From Priapulus caudatus (lineage: Eukaryota), in the NCBI RefSeq assembly GCF_000485595.1, contig NW_014577068.1, forward strand, positions 338,379-402,378: a DNA stretch of 64,000 nucleotides, read 5' to 3'. Below the pieces are notes generated by a model, which was not told the origin of the DNA, ran no database searches, and worked only from the letters and a program-made list of their open reading frames with translations. Below, piece by piece: positions 34,461-47,462 of the stretch (positions within the stretch are counted from its first letter, which is position 1; each line of letters opens with the position of its first letter). A program made the translations under genes and the position numbers.

Positions 34461-36029
34461 TTTTAAGGGCTCTTTAAAGGAACGCAGGTTTCTAAGGTCT
34501 AGAAACCAGGTTTTAGGGTCTAAAACCCGTTTTAATTAGCTCTTAAAACGCTCCGGTTTTAAGGTCTAAAACTAGGTTTTTATTGCGCTTTTTGGTACAA
34601 AAATGCTTCAATGGGCATAAGCGTAAAAACCTAGTTTAAGCCTCATTAAAACCTGGTTTTAAGCTCTTAAAACCTGGTTTTAAAGCTCTTAAAAGCTATG
34701 TTTTAGAGGTCTAAAATCCTAGTTTTAAGGCTCTTAAAACCTGGTTTTAAAGGCTCTTAAAACGCAGGTTTAAGGTCTAAAACCAAGTTTTACGTGCCCT
34801 AAAACTAGGTATTAAGAGCTTAAAATTCGGTTTTTTTAGAAACGGCTGAAAACCCTGGCTTTTGAGTGCTGGGAAAAGCGTAAAACCTAGTTTTAAGCTG
34901 CTTAAACCCGGGGTTTAAGGGCTCTTAAAACCCGGTTCTTAAGGTCTAAACTGAATTAAGCTCATTAAAACCTAGTTTTACGGCGGTAATTCCTAGTTTT
35001 GAGACCTTAAAAGCCTTAGTTTTTGGAAACGATCTTAACACAAACCGAGGTTTTTTAAAGGTCTAAAACTAGGTTTTAAGGTATAGAAACCCGGATTAAG
35101 GTGCTTATAACCTTAGTTTAGGGCTGTAATTCTTTAGTTTTAGAAACCTTAAAGACCTGGTTTATTTAAGGACGCTTAAAACCTGGTTGTAAAGGTATGA
35201 ATACCCGGTTTTATGGCTTAAAACGGTAGGTTTTAAGAGCATTAAGAACTAGTGTCTTTAGACCCTTAAAAGCCTAGTATTTAAGACGCTTAAGAACCGG
35301 GATTTTAAGCTCTTTAAAACCCGGTTTTAAGGTCTAAAACTAGTTTTATGCTTTTGGTACACAATGGCTAGGTTGCATATCCGTTGTTCCGCTCATCACC
35401 CGATTCAGGTACTACATGATATGTACCCAGGGTAGTCTTTTTTGGTTGTTTTCAAGTATGTATTGTATAATGTTTTATCATGAGGTATGTTAGGGGTAGT
35501 GTTAGAGAGTTAGGGCTTAGGTTTGATTCAGGCGTACATCTTCCTGTGAGTACAGAGTCGTGGTAGAACTTTGTGTAATCAAAGAACCTCTGGGTACATA
35601 GATCTGTATATGCTATACGCCTGATACGACATACAGACACGCCAGCCTTCAGTCCCGTTCAGCTGGTACGCATACTAGTCTCCTGTCTTGTAACGCCAAA
35701 CCGTCCGACGGGTTGATAGGAATGTACCACCAGACCCCACCCTCCATCTACCTACAGTGATGATCGGCTCCTAACAACACAAGCTATGTTAGTTAATATT
35801 TAGTACCTGCCTTTAATGCTATTCTTGCAACACTGAAGCAGATCGGCGCACTTGTGATTCAGCTGTCCTTCAACGTATCTGCACACGCGCATATAAGGTA
35901 TCTTCAACGGATATAACTAATGTTTGAATGTTGAATGTTTAAAACCTGAATGAGTATTATTGTTATTGTACACACGCCTACTATGCCACATTGCACGCAA
36001 GCAACCATACACACCTGCGCGCTGCATCA

Positions 36030-36348
36030 CGCACGCACGCACGCTACGCGCTTCACGCGCGCACAGAGAGAGAGAGAGAGAGAGCAGAGAGAGAGAGAGA
36101 GAAGTACCGACAGAAGACGCAGAAGACAGACAGGACAGACAGATCAGAGACAGACAGACAGACAGACAGACAGAGACAGACAGAAGACACAGACAGGACA
36201 GACATCAGAGCAGAGCCATGACATGACAGACAGAGCAGACAGAACCAGACTAGACAGACAGACACAAACAGCACGCAGCAGCGAGCGCACGCGCCGCGCG
36301 CGGCACCGACGGGCACGGCCACGGCGCACACAGAACCACACACACAAC

Positions 36349-36388
<40 letters not shown>

Positions 36389-36390
36389 CT
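36030..36390. repeat. (AG)n/(AGAC)n/(AC)n compound microsatellite
   Basis: Directly visible. Confidence 0.9.
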
Positions 36391-37299
36391 ATATATATTT
36401 TGCACGTAGACAAAATTTGTTACAGGTAACAAGTTTAGGTTATAGGTGGAAACCCGTTTGATATTTGATGCTGATTTCACATCCCTAACTAAGGCTAACT
36501 TGATATTGATATTGCATGTACACAAATACTTCATAGTACCACTGTACTTGGCTTTGGGATGATTAATTATTAGTCGATTCGCATTCGTGTATAGGCCACA
36601 AACAACCGTGCTAATATGATCTTTGTGCAAACCGCAGGATTTTCTGTTTACCTTAAAAATAAAGCGCCGTGTTTTCGGAGCTTATAATCGCCTGCATTAT
36701 GGACACGTTTAATGCGGTTCGCTGGTAATGAAACCCCCCTCCATGCATGTAGCTCACAGCCCGCTACTATTTTTAAAAGATATCATCTTCGGCCTCAGAA
36801 GCACACGTCGCCCCCATACCCTGAACCGCCGCCCGTTTGGTCAGTAGCTCTGGTTGCTCGGACTGGTGCTGACGCGTAGGGGGAGCCGAACGAAGTCGGG
36901 ACTTCGTGTCAGAGCAGCTGCGACGATTTCGCTATTAGTTTTCGGTGATCGACAGCGGAAGTGCGGTGTGGAGCGTGGCGAATAGAACACAGACTGGTAC
37001 CGCGGCTCGTCACAGCGTGAATTCTATCCGCGAATTTAAGAGACGCGGGGCCAGTCTAAACAGAACATTAGTGTGCGTAGCACTTGGCTCGGCAGCGACG
37101 CGGTCACTGTGATGTATGAATGACAGCCGAGTGTGCTGGAAAACGTGGCGGTTTGTTTTGCACTGAAACAGACCGTATAGCTGGGCATGCTAGCGCTGAC
37201 GTCCGTCTAGCTGTCCCACACGCGCTCGAAGACGTTGATCTGTTATAGAGTCATATCGAAGGTAGTGAGCCGTGAAATAGAACAGTTGTTAATGTGCGC

Positions 37300-40200
37300 G
37301 TGTCGCCTAATGAGAGGGGCGGAAGGGACTAACAGAAAGCCAGGACAGGGGGCAGAGTACAGTCGGCGAATTGATTGGTATTCCTGTGACTGGCGCATCG
37401 TAAGTATGCATGCATTTGTCGCTCCCGTAATGTGTGAAAGACGAGCAAAGATAAAGCTTGTTTGTTGACATAAATCTTGCTACGGCTATCCTGTTCGTCT
37501 TTGAAGTCTACGCTGCCGGTATTTTTAAGCACTTCGTTTCCTGATGAAAAAGTGAGAACAAGCAGCGGGCGGGCCCTGAACATTGAGGTAACGAGAGGTG
37601 ACAAGATCAGCGGGCAGAGTGGCTCGCACATGATGATGAGAGAAGAAACAAGCACGCGGGGCGGGCAGTTGAGGAGAAGAAATACAAGCAGCGGGGGTAC
37701 AAATTGGGTCGCTGCAGCGGGTGACTTTAATTGAAACAGTTAGGAACTGGAGGAACAACAAGCAGCGCCGGTTTTAGAACGGGTTGAGCACAGTAAAGGT
37801 GTTGACTATCGCTGAACTTGATAAAAAAGCAGAGCAGCGTCGTGGTGCCTAGCTATTGTGGCCTGTCGGTGTCTAATGTTGATGTGATAGATGTGAAACA
37901 ACTAGGCTCTAAACGTGGAGTGCGTTGTGATTTGGGGTGAAGTGAGCGAAGATAGGACAATGAACAGCAAAAGGCGATTACAAGCGGAGCGAGAAAAGGA
38001 GCAGATAAGGAGGGCAAGAAAAACAAGCAGCGGGCGGCAATGTGAAAGAGGGAGAGATACAAACAAGCGGCCGCGCAGCATTTGGGAGAGGCAGTTCGAG
38101 GAGAGGAACAACAGCACGCGGAACGAATATCCGTGTCTCTAGCCAGAATTGCAAGAGCTAGTTTTTCAAGGCATGTGTAGTGAGAAGAATGTTACTCGTC
38201 TGCCCAAACAAAAGCAGGCGGGCGGGCAGTTGGAGAGAGCGCGGGATAGATCAAGACTGCATTCTCTTCGGTTGATAAAGACGTACAGAAGTCCATTTGA
38301 GGAACTACAAACATTAGCAGACGCTGCAGTGGTGGGCCCACTTTTGCGACCATTGCTACTCGTCAATATTACTCTCAGTTTGCATAATAACGCAGTGCGA
38401 AGAAGAAAATGTCTATGCGAGGTGAAGAATTCTAATTAGCGGTTCGGGCAGTGATAGAAGAAACAAGCAGCTGTTGTTCAGGCATTGGTTTTTTTGGTAG
38501 TTATATAACAAGCAAGCGTGTGGGGCGCAGAGTTTTGTCGAGTTTTAGGTAGGAAGAACGAGTAATATGGTGACTAACAGTGCGGGCTAGGCTTATGTGA
38601 AAGAAATATAAAGATAACGCATCAGGCAAGCTTTTGCTGTTTGCGGGAAACTCTTTCTCGTTCGGCAGCCGGTGTCGACAAGATATACATTGAGCCAGCC
38701 GGGCGGGCAGGTGATGGTAAGTAAAATAATTAGACACGCCAAATTAGCGTGTGTTAACTATGTGTGTTCGGTCTTACTGGAAAGCGAGTGAAGAGCACGC
38801 CATGATTAGAAGAAACATGCAACAAGGCCAACGACTGGGCCCTGGTCTTATACGACAGTGGCGCAGTCGCTCGAGAGAAAGTTTGAAACAGAATCGATGC
38901 GATCGCCCGGATTTGCCGGCTAAAAGCTCCGGGGGCTGTGATTTAGAAGGAAATCAGGAGCAGAGTTTGCGGTCGAAAACTACGCGGGCATGGGTATGAT
39001 TGCAGAGTAAATACATAACGAGGTCGCGCAGCTGTTGGCCGGCGGGCAGTGATTTAGAAAACGAGTAACATAGGAAACTCAACCGGCGGGGTAGGATTTG
39101 CGCTAGGAAAGTTTGAGGACGCACCGACTCAGTGAAATCACAGACTGAGCCGCAGTAAGGTCGAAAGGCTGCAGGGTGTCAACCGGACAAAGGAAGAAGA
39201 CTTCGACGGAAGTCTGACGGGCATCGCAGTGTGTCAGATTTAAAGCTTAGATTGTTGAGAATCCTCACCAAAGCGAGTGTTGTCGGGTGGCGGGGCTCTC
39301 GCGCAGTGCCAAATCGTGTTATGAGACTGGGTATATGACACAGGACGCAGGCCCACGGTGTGGGCGGGAGTACGTTCCGCGTTGTGCCGCCGGAAGGAGA
39401 CGTGACCAACATTCTGCGGTGAGCTCAGATGTGACTCGTAAATCCCGTTTTATACGAGGTAGAGATGATCCTAAACGCCGAGCAGACGGCGGTGGGGCGG
39501 GTCAGTCGACGAGAAAGAACAAGGGCAGGGGGGCAGCGTTGAGAGAAGAAACAAGCAGCGGGCGGCGTGAGAGAAGAAACAAGCAGCGGGCGGGCGGGCA
39601 GTGAGAGAAGAAACAAGCAGCGGGCGGGCAGTGAGAGAAGAAACAAGCAGCGGGCGGGCAGTGAGAGAAGAAACAAGCAGCGGGCGGGCAGTGAGAGAAG
39701 AAACAAGCAGCGGGCGGGCGGGCAGTGAGAGAAGAAACAAGCATAGCGCGGCGGGCGACAGCAAGTGAGAGAAGAAACAAGCAGCGGGCGGGCAGTAGAG
39801 AGGAACAAGCAGCGGGCGGGCTGCTGGCTCGCTAGGTCGAGTTACGAAACAAGACACAACAACGCGGGCTTCCAAGCGGGCGGGCAGTTTGAGAGAAGAG
39901 TGCTATAACATATAACGACACACACGCAGCGGGCGGGGGCAGGCACTTGAGAGATAGAACTTCAAATACCAGCATGCGCATAGCGGCGCACGCACGCGCA
40001 CGCGCGCACGCATGCTACCTAGCTCCATACCAGCGCTGCCTCAGCGTTGCGATTATCTTGATTCGAGTCCCCTTTATTTCTAGTTTAAAGCTTCACAATG
40101 CGGATCCAAACGCGCGGTAATCTCTCGCTGTCGCAGAAGAACTCAAGCAGGGTCTAGATAGCAAATACTTGGGGCACTGGATTGAGAAGGCAAATCATAG

Positions 40201-41400
40201 CAAGTCAGCGGATCAAGCGGCAGGCATACCTGTGAGTAGATGGAGAACAACAATAGCACTCTTCAGTGTGCCTCCCCATTTGAGGCTGCGGCGTTTGTGG
40301 CAGTGACGAGTTTTAGAAAACAAAGCAGACAGCGGCCACTGAGCAGTGCAGGAGAGAAGAAACACAAAGCAGCTGACGGTTGCCGAAATCTGTAAATCTG
40401 GGTGCGCGCGAGCAGGGAGAGCAAGAAAACAAGCAGCGGGGCCACCGCTTAAAATTGTTTGGCGGGCAGTGAGACGAGTATAAGAACCAAGCTCCGAGGA
40501 CACTTGGTTTGTCGTGACGTCACTGTTTGGCTGGAGGCACGGAGTTGAGAGAAGAGACAGCAGCGGCAGGCAGTGGAGAGAAGACACAACAAGCAGCGGG
40601 CGGCGGGCAGTTGGGAGAGAAAAAGCCAAGGCAAGCGGTGTTGAGCAGGAATTGTTTGTCCCGGTGTAAAACTGGGCTGTTGCATGGGCAAGTTGAGTTG
40701 GAGGACCAGAGGCAACAAGTATGCACGTTAATGGGCAGAGAGATGCTGGAAAGTAAAGCTGGGGGCAAGTGAGAGAAGAAAACAGCAAGCGGGGCAGGCC
40801 AGTGGAGGAGAAGAAACAAAGCCAGTAGCGCAATTGCGGCAGAAAGGGCCAAGCGATGGATACAAACGGAGACAAGAACAAGTGCGAGCAGGGTCACTGG
40901 ATTCGGTAAATGAAAAGAAAACGGCAACGTTTCCAAAGGTTGTATCAGGTTATCCAGAAGTGTAAAAGAGCAGCGAAAAACCGACACACGGGCCGGCTGG
41001 CTGAGAAAGGTCCTTCTGAGCTGGTAAGGACAACGAAACACGCTGGAACGCGGTCGTTGCCTGGCAGCGAACAAGCAGCACACCGCAAGTGGCGGGGCAA
41101 GTGCCAGAACACATCGGAGAATGTTGAGAAAACACCAGAGAGAATAGCAGAAGCAGCGGGTATTTTTCAAATACTTTTATAAGCAGGCGGACGACGTGAC
41201 AGGTAGAAATTGAGAAAAACAGAGAAACTAGAGTTATGCAATTGTCTCGTCGTGGCGGCGCTCGAGATTTGCAGTTTTGAGGAGGGAGAGAACAAGCAGG
41301 GTAGGTGTGATTGGACTGTCATGCCACGAAATGGGTGTTAGCTAGTCTGAGGAAGGTACATAGCTCAGAGAAAGTAACAGCGGCTGTTGGGGCGGGAGTG
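37300..41400. repeat. 30-bp minisatellite GTGAGAGAAGAAACAAGCAGCGGGCGGGCA
   Basis: Near-perfect copies at 39541-39810; degenerate copies on both sides. Confidence 0.8.
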
Positions 41401-42384
41401 TGCCATGTGAGTGACCGTAGTTAAAGTGAAGAGCTCTCGGTCTTCTACTGATCTAAAGGGTTGCGACAACGTGATACTGCACGCTGTGATGTATTTCAGG
41501 TAATATAACGCGTGTACGAATGAAAGTTGAGACGATATTTAGCATATGATCAAACGTGGTACGGAAGGAATTCGTGTAATGCGTGACATGTTCGTGTGTG
41601 CGAACTGCGAATAATAAGTCATTATTTTTTCCCATTTATTTTATATGGCAACTTTTTTACACGCGAATACACAGCGAACTGTGTGAGATAGTTGCATTGG
41701 TCACACGTGGTTCTAATTAATTGCGTAAAATTTGCTGATGTAATTAATTTCCCTGTTCATTCAGTGTCTATTTCATGCATTCCTTTGAGAGCTTGCTGAA
41801 AGCTTCTTTCTACACTTTTAATTGGATTCATAATCTTTTGATCCGTGGGTTTATCATTCGTTTTGGAATGGCTGGGATGAGAGGCTCAGCATGTGGGCAC
41901 GAGGCCAGCGATGACATCGAGTATTTCAGTCGTCCGCATCTAACATAACATCCACACCGATATCATGTACGATAGAAAGTAGAAGTATTGTGTAGGGAAT
42001 GAAGATGGAGTAAGATGAACACGAGTTTTAGAAGAGATATCATATGTACACCGTACACGTCCTTCTGAATTTAGAAGCGAACACCAGCCTGCACGCATAC
42101 AACTGTCCGAATGAGTAGTTACCGCTCTAGTGTTTGCTCTCATTCACATCCTGTACCCGTAGAACTGCAATATATCTGTCCACGCGCATCCAACCGCGAA
42201 CAATGAAAGTGTGTTGACCTGCATACTATACGCTTATATCCATCCGTGTGAAGTCGCGCTGTCTGCGAACCTACGCGCTTGCTACCAGTCTCCACTTTGA
42301 AGTCCGCCGATATCTCTGCGTGGCTACAAATCAGCAGAGATCACTGTGGGCGGGTTCGAGAGAGAGAGAGAGAGAGAGAGAGTG

Positions 42385-42756
42385 TAGGGGTCGAAATTAA
42401 CTTTTGAACAAGGGAGTCCAACGGACTCCCTGCCCTCAAAAAGAGGGAGTCCGCAGCAAAATGAGGGAGTCCGCAGTCTGAAGTTAAAAACTAAAGCATA
42501 ACAACAATAACGCATTGTGCTTATTTTGAAGATTTATGCGATGCACGTCTGCCACATTTTCTTTGGATATTTTCTGAAAAAATAACGTAATTCCGCGAGG
42601 CTGTGCTCTGGAACGAACTAGTTAGTATAGCAGAATTGTCAGGGAATCACACGGACTCCTGCATATGTCAAATCAGGGAGTCCGAAAGTAAATCAGGGAG
42701 TCCGACAGTAAATCAGGGAGTATTTGACTTCGGACTCCCGTTCATTTCGCACCCTG
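42385..42756. mobile_element. MITE with GGAGTCC subterminal repeats
   Basis: TAGGGGTCGAAATT / CATTTCGCACCCTG termini; GAGTG on both flanks. Confidence 0.7.
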
Positions 42757-42849
42757 GAGTGGGTAGAGAAAGAAAGTGATACAGCGAGCGTGATGAGCGC
42801 GCGAACGAGAGAGAGGGAGAAAGATAGAAAAGGGATATGCAGAAGGGAA

Positions 42850-42863
42850 GAGATATATATATA

Positions 42864-42939
<76 letters not shown>

Positions 42940-43050
42940 TGTTTTGTGTGTGTGGTGTGTGTGTGTGTGTGTGTGCGTGTGTGCGTGCGTGCGTGCGTGC
43001 GTGCGTGCGGTGCGTGCGTGCGTGCGTGCGTGCGTGGTGTGTGTGTGTGA
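42850..43050. repeat. (AT)n(AG)n(GT)n(GTGC)n compound microsatellite
   Basis: Directly visible. Confidence 0.95.
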
Positions 43051-45049
43051 GAGTCAGGGACAGAGTGAGGGGGAGACAGAGTGACAGTATGTGCCTGCAT
43101 GTTAGCGGTGCGTGACAGCTGCCAGCTTCGTCAGCATCAGTAGCAGCATCAGCAGCAGCAGCAGCTGAGTGCGCGGGGAGCCTCCTGTATGGGAGCCTGC
43201 TTCCGTACGTTGCAGCGCTAGCATGATGATCGATTACACACACACACACACTATCACAACACAGACGCAGCAGACGCATGTGAGATAGGGTCGTCACTAT
43301 ATACAACAACCATCGGTACTTATTACCTGTAATGCTGAAAGTAAGCTGTAAGTGGAAATTTTAACGCATCCGTTTTGAATTATAATCAGTCCGGGAAGCG
43401 TGCGAGATTCATTGAATCCGAGTATCGTCTGAGAATCATTGAATCCGACATCATAAATGATAGACAGAGAGGGTGAAGTTTGAACAGTGACTACAGCCAC
43501 TCTACCATGGACTGCTTAATAAAGCACGTTTCCAGTACATACATTACCATTGAAAAGCTAGTAATATCTATTTGCATTGCTGCTTTATACGCTTCACAAC
43601 ACTAACTTCACAAGTATTTAAATTGGCTCACTCGGAATTCTATTCCCTTATTTCGAACCTTCAAAACAAGACTAAAATCACTACCCGTATCCTTATGGTA
43701 TTCCTATATATCGATAGATTACTTATAGAAATTTACTCGTTATGAATTCTGATATGGAAAATCTCCAAAGTTGTACTAGTACTGTTGTGTAGGTGTTCAC
43801 TAATCACACTACATTTCTACCTGTCCCTCCCGGCGTAATAAGTAGCGGTCGTTGATATATCGTGGCCACCGTGATAGATCATGAATTATGATGATTATGA
43901 TGCTTGATACTATCATGTTGTGACGTCTAGTATTCTCGCTCAAGTTTTATATTTTGCACGGTGTAAAGACGGCTAGTCGCGTCATGGTAGCCCCCACCAC
44001 ACGCACGCACGCACGCACGTACGCACGCACGCGTGCGCGCACACAGACACTACGTACATAAGTAGCTTAATGATACTGCTAAACTTGTTTACTTTGACGA
44101 CGTTTATACTTGTCACGCCTGTTTAAACGTCGATAGAAATAAATGCAGGTGCGGGGACACTATATCATCCATTCGCTGGCAACACATATTATCATCTACC
44201 CCTGAGTCGGTAAGGGAAAACTAAACGTCACCCCTAAAATAATAGATTGCTATGAATGCAGCGTTTGTTGTTATTATACATGCAGACGCGTACATATGCG
44301 TCGTGTAAGATAGATATGACTTTGATTGAATTTGATGAGCGGTTATGTTGCAATGCCCTTTACAGAGGTACCTGTCCGTAACCCTGACTGTATCATTATA
44401 AACTACAATTTACGTTTACGGGCGATATAAATGTCGTGCGTGCCCCTGCAACATAGGCTAGCTACCCTAATATGTCATAAATAACCCGAGCTTCCATAGA
44501 TATTGATGCTGTTATTTCCTACGACCTGGAGCTTGCTAGTGGCATCACTGCCAGCCTCGGTTGTCCACGCTATCTGAAGAAGAGTCGTGTAAGGTGTCCA
44601 TGCTTAATTAATGGGGCGAAGAAACGGAGATGTATGTTCGAACTTCAAACATGACAATCAGTGTATGGATTCACATTGCTCCTCGTCGGGCAAGAACATA
44701 CTTGACATTTGTCCGAATATTAAAGTCGCGGGAGGTTTGCGACTGTTGTCGGGGAGGCAGCGCACCAAAGACAACAGCTGACATCATGCGATGAGTATCA
44801 AGATCAAGTTCATCTGATGATTCAGGATCGCATTGATCATGCAAGTTGTTGTATTTAGGAGTAATACACGAAACTGACAGCGTTGTGTGGTTTACCGTTG
44901 ATTGCGTGTCTTGCTTTCTCACGTGACTGGCTGTTGAGGTGACTTGTTTCGTGGGCGTGAGCTCACGGGCAGCATTTTAGTTTCGATGTGAGTTTTCTAT
45001 GTAATATGTAATATCTCGGCTCATAAGCGATGCAGCTAAATTACGTGTG

Positions 45050-45097
45050 GACATGCGTGCGTGTGTGCGTGCGTGTGCGCGCGCGCGTGTGTGTGTG

Positions 45098-45153
<56 letters not shown>

Positions 45154-45172
45154 TGTGTGTGTGTACGCGCGT
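45050..45172. repeat. (GT)n/(GTGC)n microsatellite
   Basis: Directly visible. Confidence 0.95.
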
Positions 45173-46827
45173 GTTCAAGTAGTTTCTATAGAAATTTGGC
45201 AGTAATAAAATGAACCTATTCACGCGCATCTAAGATTCGTGGTGGTACTACAGCATATCAGCATGCAGGCATGTTATTCGCTGGGAGCCCATGCACTCTG
45301 TACGAGAATCGGTTGTATATGTCGTCCCGGTTGCGTAAATCAAGTAATATTAAGTTAAAAATTGGTTGTGAAGAATCGTTTGTATTCACAAGAAAACATG
45401 AAGTTGATGTAACAATTACATGGGTATGGGTCGTATGAGCGCCCTGTTTACAGAGATCACAAAAACGAGCGTAAAAGATTTAACTGTAGAATCAATATTT
45501 GCTGTGCCGGCTCGCTTGCTGATCTGCTTTTTTGAAATCTAAGAGGGTAGTGACATGTCTTACGTTTTGAATTAATTGCCCGTGTACGCATGAATTAGCA
45601 GGTGCTGGTCGGGAGAGCTCGTGCGAGGGAGTGCGCGTTTCTATTGTGTAAGCATTCGAATTATAGTTTGTTGAACTGCGAATGACGCAGTTGAATGCAG
45701 CAACGCATGCGTGTGCTGCTGCTAGTTCCAACCACCGTACGTGTTTACACTGCAATTAATCCGCTTACACTGACTCTACTTCCTTGCTACTGTTGTATTA
45801 GTCCATAAAGTTTATAAGCAAATAACCCTACGATTATCATGTACTCAATTGAATGAAAAATACTGTATATTTATCTCATCATTCTAGTGTCTCCGAGATA
45901 GCATAAGCATTGATCAAAAGCACTATCACTAAGACAGATGGTTATAGTTAAGAGTGCATTTTTGAATTTTGAATTAGTGTTTGTCTATAAAGTGTCGAGC
46001 AATTTGATCAGTCAGGGTGAAACTGAGAAGATGCTGTGCCTGATAAAATGCTGGTTTTACTCGTGTCACTGACACCGGAGTTTGCTCGCAAAACTCCATA
46101 ATAAAATAAGTGGAACATTGCCACATTACTGCCACCACCATATAGCTGTCTTTATATAGTGAGTGCTCTGTCATGACCAAGCAAATCCACCTATGTAGTA
46201 ATTTAGTTTAGTTTGGTGCATATTCCAAACAGACGGCAGGATAATGTAGTCTTGGAAGGTGGACCAGTGAGTGGTGATTACAGCAGGATTGTCACTATAT
46301 AGACTATATTATGACACTGATGATTATAGTGTAGCGAACGTACTGCCGTAAAGAAATGTGGTTGTAATCCCATGAACTTAGCCTGACATTTGCCAAGTTG
46401 CAATGAAAGATTACTACTTCTATCAAAAGAAGCGGGGACCCAACTTGCTGAATATCAATCATGCTGCTTACTTTGAGTATATGTTTGTTTTCAGTGCCAG
46501 CTGACCATGCATGTATTCATGTAAACAGTTCAATAGCAGCACTTGCCACGATAGTAGCCCCGAGTCGGGATAGTAAACGGACCTGCGGTATTTTCATCAT
46601 GCAAGGTCCATCAATTTACGTGATAGGATCTTGATAGAAGTATTGCTGCCAAATGGTTTATTTTTCCCCGTGTTGGCCAGCTGTCATGCTTTAATGATGT
46701 TTCTTCTTCCCATAGTTACACGTAATCATGCACAGATCCTTCAATTTTGGGATCATTTGTCATTACGTTAATGATGTCGCTAATTAATGGACGTTATGTA
46801 TTTTGCTTGCAGAGGAATGAGAGGAGG

Positions 46828-46941
46828 ATGTCTTCTAGTAATCTGCCCTACTGGTGCCTTAATGACCTTAATGGCACGATACACAAGCTACCCGAGTCCA
46901 TGGTATTCCTCGGCCGTGAAGATTGTGACATCATACTGCAG
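46828..46941 (+). CDS. CEP170: CEP170 exon, FHA part 1
   Basis: MSSSNLPYWCLNDLNGTIHKLPESMVFLGREDCDIILQ|gtagga; acceptor ttgcag at 46812, so an upstream exon exists. Confidence 0.92.
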
Positions 46942-47421
46942 GTAGGAGCATTGGCAGATTCAGGTATAGGCCAACCAGGTTTAGGGGTAAACACCACCAA
47001 TAAGGGAGATATGGGGGGAGCCCTGAAAGCGCCCCCAGCTAGATGTAGCCACGCATTATGGTGCTTCAGATAGTGGATGATATACAGTTATACATCTATC
47101 GTAGTAGTAGAATGGGCCTGTACAGCCAGCAACGGAAGTGCATCATGAACAACTGAGTGGCCTCACCAGATATGACATGTTGCTGCATATCGACCATCTC
47201 ATGTAGATGAACAGATGCCAGAGAGAGGAGTAGTTATATACACATATAACTAACAGTTTGTGTACATTTAGTGTATTTAGGCAAAGTAAGTGAATTTAAT
47301 TGGAATCAGTCTAGGTAATGCTAGCAGGTTCATAACAGCCCCGATGCATTCAATGGCACATAACTCTGGTTAGTAATGGCCATTATTCCACCAATGTGCT
47401 TCAAAAGTTTTCCATGATGGA

Positions 47422-47462
<41 letters not shown>

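Larger units (their letters stand above)
29390..35368. mobile_element. ~6-kb layered foldback element
   Basis: Outer termini GGCATTTTGTAGCCAAAAAGCATTAAAACCTAG / CTAGTTTTATGCTTTTGGTACACAATGGC; arms of palindromic AAAACCTAGTTTT/AAAACCGGTTTT modules; inner unique ~100-bp inverted block; inverted 26-bp minisatellite core. Confidence 0.7.

Noticed and set aside
34081..34477. Poly-Phe ORFs, or a retroposed poly(A) tail
   Set aside because: A homopolymer inside a noisy repeat arm, with no adjacent processed gene or LINE 3' end; possibly a read artefact.
29390..35368. CRISPR-like array (palindromic repeats)
   Set aside because: Eukaryotic context, no unique spacers and no cas genes.
39425..41182. 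ORFs of 100-220 aa with Cys-rich repeats
   Set aside because: Translations of the 30-bp minisatellite.
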